A DNA stretch of 36,867 nt, from NCBI GenBank assembly GCA_032718475.1, contig JAUCBJ010004738.1:1-36867 (forward strand), in the 5' to 3' direction. Below, piece after piece: positions 27,380 through 36,342 of the stretch (the stretch's first letter is position 1; each line of letters opens with the position of its first letter). Source of the DNA: Nemertoderma westbladi (lineage: Eukaryota > Animalia > Xenacoelomorpha). Under the pieces are notes generated by a model. It saw only the letters and a list, made by a program, of their open reading frames with translations, was not told where the DNA came from and did no database searches. The position numbers and the translations under genes were made by a program.

Positions 27380-27910
27380 CAATGCTGAATACCCGATTCA
27401 CCACACCTGGTGCGGGCAAAATACCCAAGCAACTAACTGTACATGCAGTATTTCCTGACTATTTATTGCCCGTGACTTTCTTGAGACGCCTCTTAATGGA
27501 CACTACTGGCCTTGAATATGCTGATGATCTAGCAAATCTGTGATAGGGAGTTGTGGCGGAGCAATTTTGCCGACAAGCCGGCACAACATGCCGACAAGCC
27601 GGCACAACACTCTTAATATATACAGTAGCAGTAGGTAATATAATGTAGCTGCAAGGCAGAATGCCGATAGTAGTAGTAGTAGGCATATATTACCTGAGAT
27701 AAATTTCAACATTCGCCCATTTAGTAAAGCTATTATTTCAGATAACTTTACACTATGGTAACAGGCATGGAAATAGAATTGGTACCGAATCTAAAAGGAA
27801 TTTTTAAAATAGAAGCTCCAGCTTTCCAAGCTGCACGACTTTACAAAGAGAGGTTTCTTCCTGCTGTGTTATCTGGCACCTAGTGACGATGGCATGCGCC
27901 TATTTACGAG
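27380..27910 (+). pseudogene. Probable highly decayed non-LTR (RTE-like) reverse transcriptase fragment
   Basis: Translation from 27481 gives LRRLLMDTTGLEYADDLANL* (YADD motif). Weak collinear relics lie upstream (RFTTPG, LFIA.DF) and downstream (EINF, DNFT, KLQL.QAA, AVL.G), with many stops and frameshifts. Boundaries are approximate. Confidence 0.35.
27568..27609 (+). repeat. 21-bp direct tandem duplication
   Basis: TGCCGACAAGCCGGCACAACA x2, perfect. Confidence 0.95.
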
Positions 27911-28022
27911 CGGCCGTCTCCTAGTACACAGTAGCAGTAGCAACCAAGTGTCATTAACACCTTCAAATTCCTCATGGTTACGCAGAACGTTCTTCCAGTG
28001 TCCTATTATACACACAGTAGGA

Positions 28023-28045
28023 TTGATGGGATTTTATCCCATCAA
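28023..28045. other. Perfect 10-bp stem hairpin upstream of LINE ORF1
   Basis: TTGATGGGAT-TTT-ATCCCATCAA. Confidence 0.8.
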
Positions 28046-28216
28046 CAACAGTACTACACTGAACTTTTACTTTCGGGCCTACAGACTTTTTCTGCTGTAC
28101 TGGTCTAAATACAAATATACCTGTGTACTGATTTTGGATTTGTTTTATATAAACTATTAATCTTTAACTCCATTTTCCTCCCCTACCCGTTGGACGCTGC
28201 CCTGCTGCCCACAGGG

Positions 28217-29269
28217 ATGGGCGACGCTGAGGATTCCGATATTAGTTGTTCTCATATAGCGAACGATGTCCTGGGCCTGGCCTACATTTGGTGTGCTCAT
28301 AACCGGGGAATGCACCCAATTTCAATAGTCACAGTCCTTGGACCGTGGCCTAGATTTTCGGACGCTCAGTTGTGTTCGCTTTCTGACAGAAACGTCCAAA
28401 AGCAGGATTTTTCTAAAAATCGACAGCAGGGCGACTCGCTCCGACGTAATATCACCATGGATATAATCGCGATGTTTGAGTATCCCGGGTTTCTGAATTT
28501 ATCCCCGAAGCCGATATTTATTCCTCGCGATTTATCCACTATTCCTCCGTTTAGTACTACGGAATCTGACATTGTATTTCTTCTCAATAAGATTAGTGGT
28601 CTGCAGGACCGCGTGGCGGTACTTGAGAATGAGGGGAAGGTGGGTACAGACAGACACGTCTACCCCTCCCCCCCTCTCAAACGAAGGATTCCCATATTCA
28701 GGATACATTTCCGGTTAATCCAACTGATAAGGGTACCGGTATCGGTAACTCTTCAAGCATACCCTGTACAAACGCTGTACAAACATCCAATCCAGCACAT
28801 TCTGACACGGACAAACGCCAACAGAAGAACAAAAACAATAAGAACAAAAACGTGGTTCGGGAGTCTGTCCCAGCTGCTGCGATTGCTGATGACTGCTCCG
28901 ACTCGTCTGATTCTGATTGCGTTGAAGTTGATTCTCAGCGACAAATTAATTACGGTAAGGGACGTGATTCTGTGCGAGGTGTGGATAATCGTCCGTTTGT
29001 CAAAATCGGGAGGAACAACCGGCCAGCTAAACATCCAAATAATACTTCACGTAGTCAGTTTAATCGGTCTCGTGATGGTCGTGTAATTAGAGGTACCGGT
29101 AATGCTTCTAAGGCGGCATTCGACACAGTGGAACCCTTCCAAAAGCTGTTTCTTTCTGGCTGCGGTTTAAATGTTACCTCAGAGCAAATAGCCAAGTATC
29201 TACACGACTCGCTAGGTTTTAGTGTTAGATGCTACCCGATTGGAAGGAACACGAATAAAACCTACAAAT
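28217..29269 (+). pseudogene. LINE ORF1, 5' portion (frameshifted near 28668-28674, interrupted by Sola1)
   Basis: ATG 28217 starts MGDAEDS...MDIIAMF...IFIPRDLSTIPPFSTTESDIVFLLNKISGLQDRVAVLE, a typical invertebrate LINE ORF1 N-terminal domain plus coiled coil. A second frame, open from 28633, gives a low-complexity linker and then KLFLSGCGLNVTSEQIAKYL...VRCYPIG...TYKS (first half of an RRM-like domain). Confidence 0.85.
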
Positions 29270-29296
29270 CGTCGGCTTCGTGCGAAAACGTCTTAT
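29270..29296 (+). repeat. Sola left TIR
   Basis: CGTCGGCTTCGTGCGAAAACGTCTTAT, preceded by AAAT. Confidence 0.93.
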
Positions 29297-29734
29297 GTTG
29301 TAGAAATTTCGTTTTGAGAAAAGGCGAAAAAACTGTTTAGTTTAGTTAAAAAGATACAATTTTAAACAAAATTTGGGCACCAGTGATAATTTTGTACGGC
29401 AATACTACCTATCAGCATAGTTTCCTAAAAAAAACAATCCAACCATTTGATAATAAAGATACGACGTTTCAGCACTTGATTTTACTCACAAGTTGTCTTA
29501 GATACGTCATTTAGGCAGGTACATCGAATGCGAGTGTATATAACTGTGGAAGCAACTTAATTGATCTGTTAGTAGAAGTGCAGAAAATGCATGGAATTGG
29601 GGTTATCAAGGTGTCATGAAGTTCCATTCGGGGAGAAACAAAAAAAGGTATAATTATTTCGCTTTTCATTATTATTTATTTAGCTTTATTATTTAGCTTA
29701 CCAGTACTCAGTACAGCAGTTCAATAAAGTTATT

Positions 29735-31822
29735 TTAACGGGTTCGCTTCGAGATATTATTGTGGGGAATTTCATCATAGAATGAGTGAGAATCTCGAGG
29801 TATAACCTTCTTTAAATCTTGTAAATCGTCCCACTTATCCATAGAGATGGGGACCCTCGATTTATGCAGTTGTTTGGGTTTAGAGTTAGAACCATTTAAG
29901 CTTGTACGGCAACGGGAAGGTATCTCACGCCAATCATCCTTAAAATCTAACTTATAGAGTATCTTACCATTATGGTACATATATGCGCGGACATCAGTAA
30001 CGCATGGGTCTCCTTTGACTTTCCCAGGCCGTACCGATGGATAGACAAGACTTTCTGAATAACACTTGAACGCAGAGAAGTCTAAGTATTCAACATGGTA
30101 AGGATTCTTCGGTGCCTTTCTAGCTGACTGTGCCATGGCAGAGTACATTGAAGGAAGATAAATATTAAGGTTTTCTACAGCGCGACCTATGGTACTATGT
30201 ACAGAATCACATTTCATTTCCGTATGTCCTGATACCAGGAACTTTTGAGTTATAGACACCCCCTGATCTGTCGCCAAGCCAAGCAATGCATTACTCATTA
30301 CTGCATTCCTATTCTGATACCCGCAACCATCAGACCACAAGATTATTTCTTTGGAGCCGCTCGCGATCAGGTTACTGCAATGTTTAACTGCAATAGAAGA
30401 AAATTCATTGGAGGAAACTCCCCCCTCAGTTTCATCCCACATAAAACAATTAACATCTCCTGTGTGTTCGTCAAAAAACGTCCAATTATGCACCTTTAAC
30501 TTCATCTTGTAGTACATGGTCGATGCTTTAGTTAGAGGGCACAGCAGCGTCTGTTGCATATCTACTGAGGCAACATTCCTATTTGGCACTGCATTTTCTG
30601 CCCAATCTTTAGCCATTTCTGCCTTGGCTGCTTTGTATTTTATTTCATGCAGATCAAATATTTCCTTGTCCAAGTTTCCCTTTAAATAATATTCGTGCAC
30701 ATCACACCTATCTTTTCGAGGACGATAAAGAGCTAGATTAAGATCATGAAATACAACCGTGAATTTAGCTATTTTAAGCGGATCAACTCCATCCTCTTTT
30801 GCTCTTTTAGTGTATTCTTCATGAAGGGCTACGTGAGACACCCATGTTGGCTCTAAGTAAAATTTGTTTGTGGATTTCCTGCAATAGTGCGATTCCATTT
30901 TTGGTAAACTTTTTAACCATTGTTTTAAATGGTTGTTTCGTTTTATATCATTATGTTTCCTCACGCAAAGCTTACGCTTGTTGGTGTTTCGCTGATTGTA
31001 TCTAGTACTGGTATGTTGCAGGTTCATACTAACAGAAGATTTGGACTCAGTACCAGACATCACCCAACCTCTGACTTGTTTTTCTCCCATGCCTAATGTG
31101 CTTAGAAACATTTTCTTACAAACTCGAACTATTTTATCATCCTTCTTCAAATGATAGGAAAACGTCCGAGATTTCCGCGTAGTAATATTTGATTTGGTTT
31201 TAGTTAGGCCAACCAATGCCCGAATATGTGCCCTCTTAGAATCCCATGTTGGTAATCCCCAAAAGGCTTCAAACAATTTATTCCTGTCGACATCAGAAAA
31301 AATGCTTGACTCGCATTGAATGCCTCTTTTTTGTCCACGTTTAAACCTGCAGCCACAACCATCTCGCATCTGCCTGGGTTTGGATATTCCGCCCTTTTGG
31401 TTAACATATTCTTCTCCAAGCAACCGTTTTTTCTTTGTTATATTTCGCCGCCAAAATTCTGGTCTCCCCTTTATGCAGCGTTTGCGTTTCTTCAATACAG
31501 GCGACTCAACAGTGATTTGCTTCTTATTAATATTCTCCTCAGATTCCGGTGTATTTTTTATCTTGGTACCGGTACGAGCACATGTCGGATCAGAGTCAGA
31601 ACCTGTATCAGTGTTATCATTGGTTGAGGATGGTACATAATCACTATCACAGTCATCTGAATCCGAATGAAAACCAGGAAATACCGAACCGCCTGTTTCA
31701 TTTGTATCACAATAACTAAGGGCTGCAGATGTAGAATCTACTATAACTTCTTCGACTAAATCATTAAGATCTATAGAAAGCAGATCTATTAGTTCCTTGG
31801 GAACCGTGTTCCTTTCGCCCAT
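29735..31822 (-). CDS. Sola1 DDD transposase (695 aa)
   Basis: Motifs in order: acidic N-terminus, basic NLS-like KKRKR...WRRNITKKKRLLGEEY, VCKKMFLSTLG, PKMESHYCR...YL, PRKDRCD, VDMQQTL.CP (D1), YYKMKL.VHN, WDETEG...NE, WSDGCGYQNRN (D2), KFLVSGHTEMKCDSVHS (D3). Minus-strand AATAAA signals lie downstream at 29685-90 and 29675-80. Confidence 0.9.
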   Translation of the reverse strand: MGERNTVPKELIDLLSIDLNDLVEEVIVDSTSAALSYCDTNETGGSVFPGFHSDSDDCDSDYVPSSTNDNTDTGSDSDPTCARTGTKIKNTPESEENINKKQITVESPVLKKRKRCIKGRPEFWRRNITKKKRLLGEEYVNQKGGISKPRQMRDGCGCRFKRGQKRGIQCESSIFSDVDRNKLFEAFWGLPTWDSKRAHIRALVGLTKTKSNITTRKSRTFSYHLKKDDKIVRVCKKMFLSTLGMGEKQVRGWVMSGTESKSSVSMNLQHTSTRYNQRNTNKRKLCVRKHNDIKRNNHLKQWLKSLPKMESHYCRKSTNKFYLEPTWVSHVALHEEYTKRAKEDGVDPLKIAKFTVVFHDLNLALYRPRKDRCDVHEYYLKGNLDKEIFDLHEIKYKAAKAEMAKDWAENAVPNRNVASVDMQQTLLCPLTKASTMYYKMKLKVHNWTFFDEHTGDVNCFMWDETEGGVSSNEFSSIAVKHCSNLIASGSKEIILWSDGCGYQNRNAVMSNALLGLATDQGVSITQKFLVSGHTEMKCDSVHSTIGRAVENLNIYLPSMYSAMAQSARKAPKNPYHVEYLDFSAFKCYSESLVYPSVRPGKVKGDPCVTDVRAYMYHNGKILYKLDFKDDWREIPSRCRTSLNGSNSKPKQLHKSRVPISMDKWDDLQDLKKVIPRDSHSFYDEIPHNNISKRTR

Positions 31823-32252
31823 TATGCTGTGATGATAAAATACAAATACAAAGTACTCTGTACGGGACGTACATTCCTAAACATATAATCACGTGTACCG
31901 GTAGCATGCACTAGTGTCAATTGCAGTTATTAGTATTGTTTTAAATTACCCACACTGACAGATTATGTTGTAGAACCTCTTATTGTCCAATTAAAAGTCA
32001 TATAACATACGACCTTTTCGCATATAACTATATTTTATATTATGATTGGTTACTTCTGTCCATTATTCAGCATTGAACTGGAATACTTTTTAGATACGTC
32101 ATTTTCGCACAAACGTTTTTTAGATAAGACATTTAGATTAAAGTCTATAACTCGATATCTGATTGGCCAATCAATTTGACGTTTCTACAGTATATGCATT
32201 ACGCCCTCTAGTGTCATATAAGCACATAACCCAAATTTCACAAAAAATTTGG

Positions 32253-32279
32253 ATACGACCTTTTCGCATGAAGCCGACG
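32253..32279 (-). repeat. Sola right TIR
   Basis: Reverse complement is CGTCGGCTTCATGCGAAAAGGTCGTAT; followed by AAAT. Confidence 0.93.
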
Positions 32280-32283
32280 AAAT

Positions 32284-32645
32284 CATTCATTATATCGTGT
32301 AGAGCTGGTGAGGTCGACGCGATGTTTAATGGTGACCTCTGGCCCGAGTATTCTACTCTAAGCTACTTCGAGTCGAGACCTCGGGTATCGGGCAGCTCAG
32401 CTCGGAAATCTACTCCAGTTATTAACCCGACACAACGCGAACCGGAGGGTGCCGGAGTTGCCAACACAGCCGGAGACCATCCCCTCGATCGTACCGTATC
32501 GGTTGGATCCAACGGCCCCTCTACAACTGATTCGGTCTTATCTGATACGGAACCTGGTAAGCCCGGAGATATCAGTCATGTTGTAACTAACAATTTGGGT
32601 GACAACCGTTTCACCCACCTACCTGATGATCCTCCCCAGGGCTAG
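32284..32645 (+). pseudogene. LINE ORF1, 3' portion
   Basis: Removing Sola and one TSD copy joins TYKS to FIISCRAGEVDAMFNGDLWPEYSTLSYF in frame. The SF...WP...F pattern completes the RRM-like domain. Stop TAG at 32643-45. Confidence 0.88.
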
Positions 32646-32784
32646 GCACTCTATATCATCTTTTTTATAAATGCGGGTATACCATCAATGTATTATATTT
32701 TATATATATATATGTTAATAGTTATTTTATTTTCGTACAACAAATTTGTAAAAATATAATTATTTTTTAAATAACGACTTTAAT

Positions 32785-35658
32785 ATGGCAATTACAGTCT
32801 CAATTGTTATACTGTTGGTCCTAATGGCGTCTTTATCTAATGATATTAGTGTTTCCCCATCGCATTGCGGTTTAAAAATTGCATCGTATAACTGCAATTC
32901 AATACGCACACCAAGTTCTAGATTTGCAATAAGGGAACTTTGTGATAACTCGTGCGATATAATTTTTATTCAGGAACTTATGTCACCTATCCAAGAGTTA
33001 GGTTTATTGAATGATTTGGATAACAGATATTTTGGGAGAGGCATCTCCCCTGTTGATACGTCATCCGAACTTCTAAGAGGTAGGCCGCATGGAGGGCTAG
33101 GCATATTATATAAAAAGGACATTGCGAGTCATGTTGTTATTATTGATTTTGATGATAACAGAATTTTTGGAATTCGTGTTACAGTAGACAGTGGTCAGTC
33201 TATTTTGTTATTAAATTTATATCTACCTTTTCAATGTGCGGAGCACGATGACGACTGGTTAAACTGTTTAGGCAAACTTGGTTCAATTTTTGATAGCACT
33301 AATACCAGCTACTGTTTTGCAATAGGCGATTTTAATGCTGGTGTAGGTACTGATTATTACTCGTATCTATCCACTTGGTGTGAAGAGAATGACGCCTCTA
33401 TATGCGATACAGAAATATTGCCACGTGATACTTTCACTTTTGTGAGCGCGGCGCATGGGTCGCGTTCATGGTTAGACCATGTTGTCTGTACTGATGCCGC
33501 AAAGGCTTTTGTCAATGGTGTTGACGTGCTGTATGACATGGCGGTTACTGACCACATGCCTTTTACTATTGATCTTGATTTCACGTTTGGAAATTTATCG
33601 AAGTCAGATAATACAACTGAAGCAGTTAGACATGAGTTTGAGTCGACAGACTGGTCTAAGGCCACAGAAACGCATATAGAGGCATATAGAAATTCACTTA
33701 ATTCTCTACTACCCAATATTACAGTACCAGGCTCTCTTTATACTTGTACGAATAGCCAGTGTGATTGCCCCAATCACACTGCCTCCATTGATTCTTTGTA
33801 TAGTGATATCATTTCAGCAATTAGATCCGCCGCTCATACAACGCTTCCTATTAAACGTACAGCTAATCCTAATGATATCAAAAATGTTCCTGGATGGAAC
33901 GACTATATTAAGGAATACTACGACAATTCTCGTTTCCATTTCAAAATGTGGCGCAACCATGGTTGTCCTCGGTTTGGCCCTATTTTTGATCAGTATATGA
34001 GCACGAAGTGCCAGTTTAAACGGGTTATGCGGCAATGTAAACGCGACGATCGGCAGATTCGTTCAAACCGCCTTGCCGAATCGCTTTACAGTAATAATAT
34101 GAACAAGTTTTGGTATAACGTTAAGAAAAATTGTTGTGCTAAAGTCCCGCTGTCATCTAAAATAGGTACAGCTGTTGGAGAACAAAACATATGTAAGATG
34201 TTTAAAGATAAATTCTCGAATTTATACAATTCTGTTAATGATGACACTCTAAAAGAATCAGTGGAGCGCAAGTTACAAAGTATTGTGTTTTCTAATGATA
34301 TGTTAGTTAAAACTGCTGAGGTCGTTGTTGCTATTGATGCTATGGCCAATGGCAAATGCGCCGGCCCAGACGAATTATTCAGTGAACATTTTAAGAATGG
34401 CCCTGTAAACTTATATAAAACGCTAGCTCTTTTGTTTTCAGCAATTAATATACATGGTTATATTCCAGAACCTCTTATTGAGTCGTTCATTATTCCATTG
34501 GTTAAGGACAAAAATGCCGACATAACGGATGTTGATAACTATCGTGGTATAGCAACAGCGACTGTATGCAGTAAGATATTGGAACTAATTTATCTTGATC
34601 GATATGCTTCGTTTCTTTATACATCAAACTCTCAGTTCGGATTCAAGTCAGACCTAGGCACTGAACTATGTGTCTACGCTTTGAAAGAAACTATTCAACA
34701 TTATATTATAAATGACAGTCCTGTTTTTGTAGTATTCCTTGACTCGTCGAAGGCCTTCGACTTGGTGAACCATTACAAATTATTTTCGAAGCTTATCGAC
34801 AGGAATGTTCCTTTATTTTTTATTCGCATTATACGGTTTTGGTACAGATTTCAACATCTTTCTGTCCGGTGGGGAGGTTGCGTGTCTGTTTCGTTCACTG
34901 TATCCAACGGTACGAAACAGGGCGGGATCTTGTCACCGAGATTCTACAACCTTTATGTAGATGATCTCAGTGTCGAGTTCACCGAATCAGGCGTCGGCTG
35001 TGTTGTCAGTGGCCAGCGGGCTAACCACTTTATATATGCTGATGACATAGCCTTGGCTTCTAATTCTATACATGGGCTCAACACTCTTATACAGATATAT
35101 GAAAAATATGCAGATTCCCATTCCATTAAAGTGAATGTCAAAAAATCTAAGCTCATGATATTTACACCTAAAACAAATAAAAATTTACTTGCAAACAATA
35201 TTACTGTTAATTGTTCGAAATTGGAGACTGTTTCTGAATACAAATACTTGGGTCACATAATACATAACTCAACAGATGATAACTTTGATATTTTAAATCA
35301 ACTCCATAGTTTGTATAAACGTGGGAATCTGCTTATTTCTAAATTTAAATTTTGTTCTAGAACTATCAAGCGTAAATTGTTCCAATGCTTTTGTACGCAA
35401 TTTTATTGCAATGCATTGTGGTCCAGGCGAAATCTCAGTCTCAGCATATATAACAAACTGCGCGTTGGCTATAACAATATTGCTAGGCGTCTATTCGGGT
35501 ACAGCTACGACTGTAGCGTTTCACTAATGTTCGGGGAACTCAACTTACCCAAATTTTGTCACATTAGATTCAATGCAATAAATTCGTTGTTCCGCCGTGT
35601 CGACAATAGTGAAAATAGTATTGTACGGGCGGTTGCATTGGCCACTATTCATACATAA
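32785..35658 (+). CDS. LINE ORF2: apurinic-like endonuclease + reverse transcriptase (957 aa; true start may be ATG 32824)
   Basis: APE motifs: IASYNCNS, DIIFIQE, GRPHGGLGIL, NLYLP, IGDFNA, WLDHVV, TDHMP. RT motifs: GPDEL, IIPLVK, NYRGIA, QFGF, FLDSSKAFDLVNH, GTKQGGILSP, YADDI, YKYLG. No internal stops. Confidence 0.97.
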   Translation: MAITVSIVILLVLMASLSNDISVSPSHCGLKIASYNCNSIRTPSSRFAIRELCDNSCDIIFIQELMSPIQELGLLNDLDNRYFGRGISPVDTSSELLRGRPHGGLGILYKKDIASHVVIIDFDDNRIFGIRVTVDSGQSILLLNLYLPFQCAEHDDDWLNCLGKLGSIFDSTNTSYCFAIGDFNAGVGTDYYSYLSTWCEENDASICDTEILPRDTFTFVSAAHGSRSWLDHVVCTDAAKAFVNGVDVLYDMAVTDHMPFTIDLDFTFGNLSKSDNTTEAVRHEFESTDWSKATETHIEAYRNSLNSLLPNITVPGSLYTCTNSQCDCPNHTASIDSLYSDIISAIRSAAHTTLPIKRTANPNDIKNVPGWNDYIKEYYDNSRFHFKMWRNHGCPRFGPIFDQYMSTKCQFKRVMRQCKRDDRQIRSNRLAESLYSNNMNKFWYNVKKNCCAKVPLSSKIGTAVGEQNICKMFKDKFSNLYNSVNDDTLKESVERKLQSIVFSNDMLVKTAEVVVAIDAMANGKCAGPDELFSEHFKNGPVNLYKTLALLFSAINIHGYIPEPLIESFIIPLVKDKNADITDVDNYRGIATATVCSKILELIYLDRYASFLYTSNSQFGFKSDLGTELCVYALKETIQHYIINDSPVFVVFLDSSKAFDLVNHYKLFSKLIDRNVPLFFIRIIRFWYRFQHLSVRWGGCVSVSFTVSNGTKQGGILSPRFYNLYVDDLSVEFTESGVGCVVSGQRANHFIYADDIALASNSIHGLNTLIQIYEKYADSHSIKVNVKKSKLMIFTPKTNKNLLANNITVNCSKLETVSEYKYLGHIIHNSTDDNFDILNQLHSLYKRGNLLISKFKFCSRTIKRKLFQCFCTQFYCNALWSRRNLSLSIYNKLRVGYNNIARRLFGYSYDCSVSLMFGELNLPKFCHIRFNAINSLFRRVDNSENSIVRAVALATIHT

Positions 35659-36340
35659 TCCAGTCCCTGGCCTTAAGTCCCGTAGGAATTTCGAGGTGGA
35701 CGCCGTTTCTCACTTGAACTGGGTTTGGGGTCCAAAAATGAAGAAAAAAAATTGGGTAGACTTTTAGGTTCCTGGGCCTAAGTTTTTTATGACGTCATTT
35801 TATGACGTCATAAATATACAAATATTCATCTGTGTCCTCATCACTTTTCCAAATCAAGAGTACAAATGATAATTATTATTTAGCTGTTGTTACCAGAGTT
35901 AACCAAATATAACGGTTTTACGATGCTCCAAATCATCATAAACCACCGATCGAAGCGAGTTATAAAGAAACGAGGGCACAGTAAAATAGTTATATTGATA
36001 TGATCACTGAGTGAATTTATTATGAAATGTTATATAATGTTAATTAAATGCTATGAATTATAAAATGTTCTTATTATGGAATATTTTCGCACTCCATTTC
36101 AAAATTGCATTTGCAAATCTTATCTTTCGATATCTTTCCGGCATCTGCATCGCATAGTATTGCACTTCTTGCAGAAGCAAGTGGCTATGGCACAAAACAA
36201 ATGGCTATAAAAAACTTATGCCCAGGAACCAGAAAGTCTACCCAAGTTTTTTTCACCCATATATGTATGTCCAACTAGGATTCGGTGAGAAACCCCGTCC
36301 ACCCCAAAATTCCTACGGGGTCTAAAGCCAGGGACTGGAG
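35658..36340. mobile_element. Non-autonomous TIR element (MITE-like), 683 bp, TA (or TAA) TSD
   Basis: The left arm 35658-35790 (ATCCAGTCCCTGGCCTTAAGTCCCGTAGGAATTT...TTGGGTAGACTTT..GGTTCCTGGGC.TAAGTTTTTTAT) is the imperfect inverted copy of 36207-36340. TA flanks both sides (35656-57, 36341-42). The AT-rich core has no ORF. Confidence 0.9.
35790..35814. promoter_or_regulatory. Two tandem TGACGTCA (CRE-consensus) palindromes inside the MITE
   Basis: TGACGTCA at 35790-97 and 35803-10; the second lies in the 16-bp palindrome TTTATGACGTCATAAA. Function unproven. Confidence 0.4.
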
Positions 36341-36342
36341 TA

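Larger units (their letters stand above)
29270..32279 (-). mobile_element. Sola1-type cut-and-paste DNA transposon, 3010 bp, apparently complete
   Basis: 27-bp TIRs match at 24/27. The 4-bp TSD AAAT (29266-69 and 32280-83) fits the AWWT target known for Sola1. One open transposase ORF lies inside. Confidence 0.9.

Noticed and set aside
27459-28160. Short ORFs of 69-88 aa
   Set aside because: No recognisable motifs; they overlap the tandem duplication, simple repeats and the presumptive UTR.
28190-29340. The 298-aa and 162-aa ORFs as separate genes
   Set aside because: They are two frames of one frameshifted ORF1. The 162-aa tail after TYKS runs into the Sola TIR.
32163-32645. 160-aa ORF as an independent gene
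   Set aside because: It is chimeric: the first ~39 codons are Sola terminal DNA and the rest is the ORF1 C-terminus.
32785-32830. Signal peptide on ORF2 (MAITVSIVILLVLM)
   Set aside because: Most likely an in-frame extension from the T-rich spacer. ATG 32824 gives a normal distance to the first APE motif. Not testable without sister copies.
30245-35527. Small antisense or alternate-frame ORFs inside the transposase and ORF2
   Set aside because: These are shadow ORFs of long coding regions with no independent evidence.
32785-35658. Prokaryotic RT system (retron, DGR, group II intron) or an RT that templates the array
   Set aside because: The APE-RT fusion, ORF1 and A-rich tail define an ordinary eukaryotic LINE, and I saw no copy of the 46-bp unit within the element.
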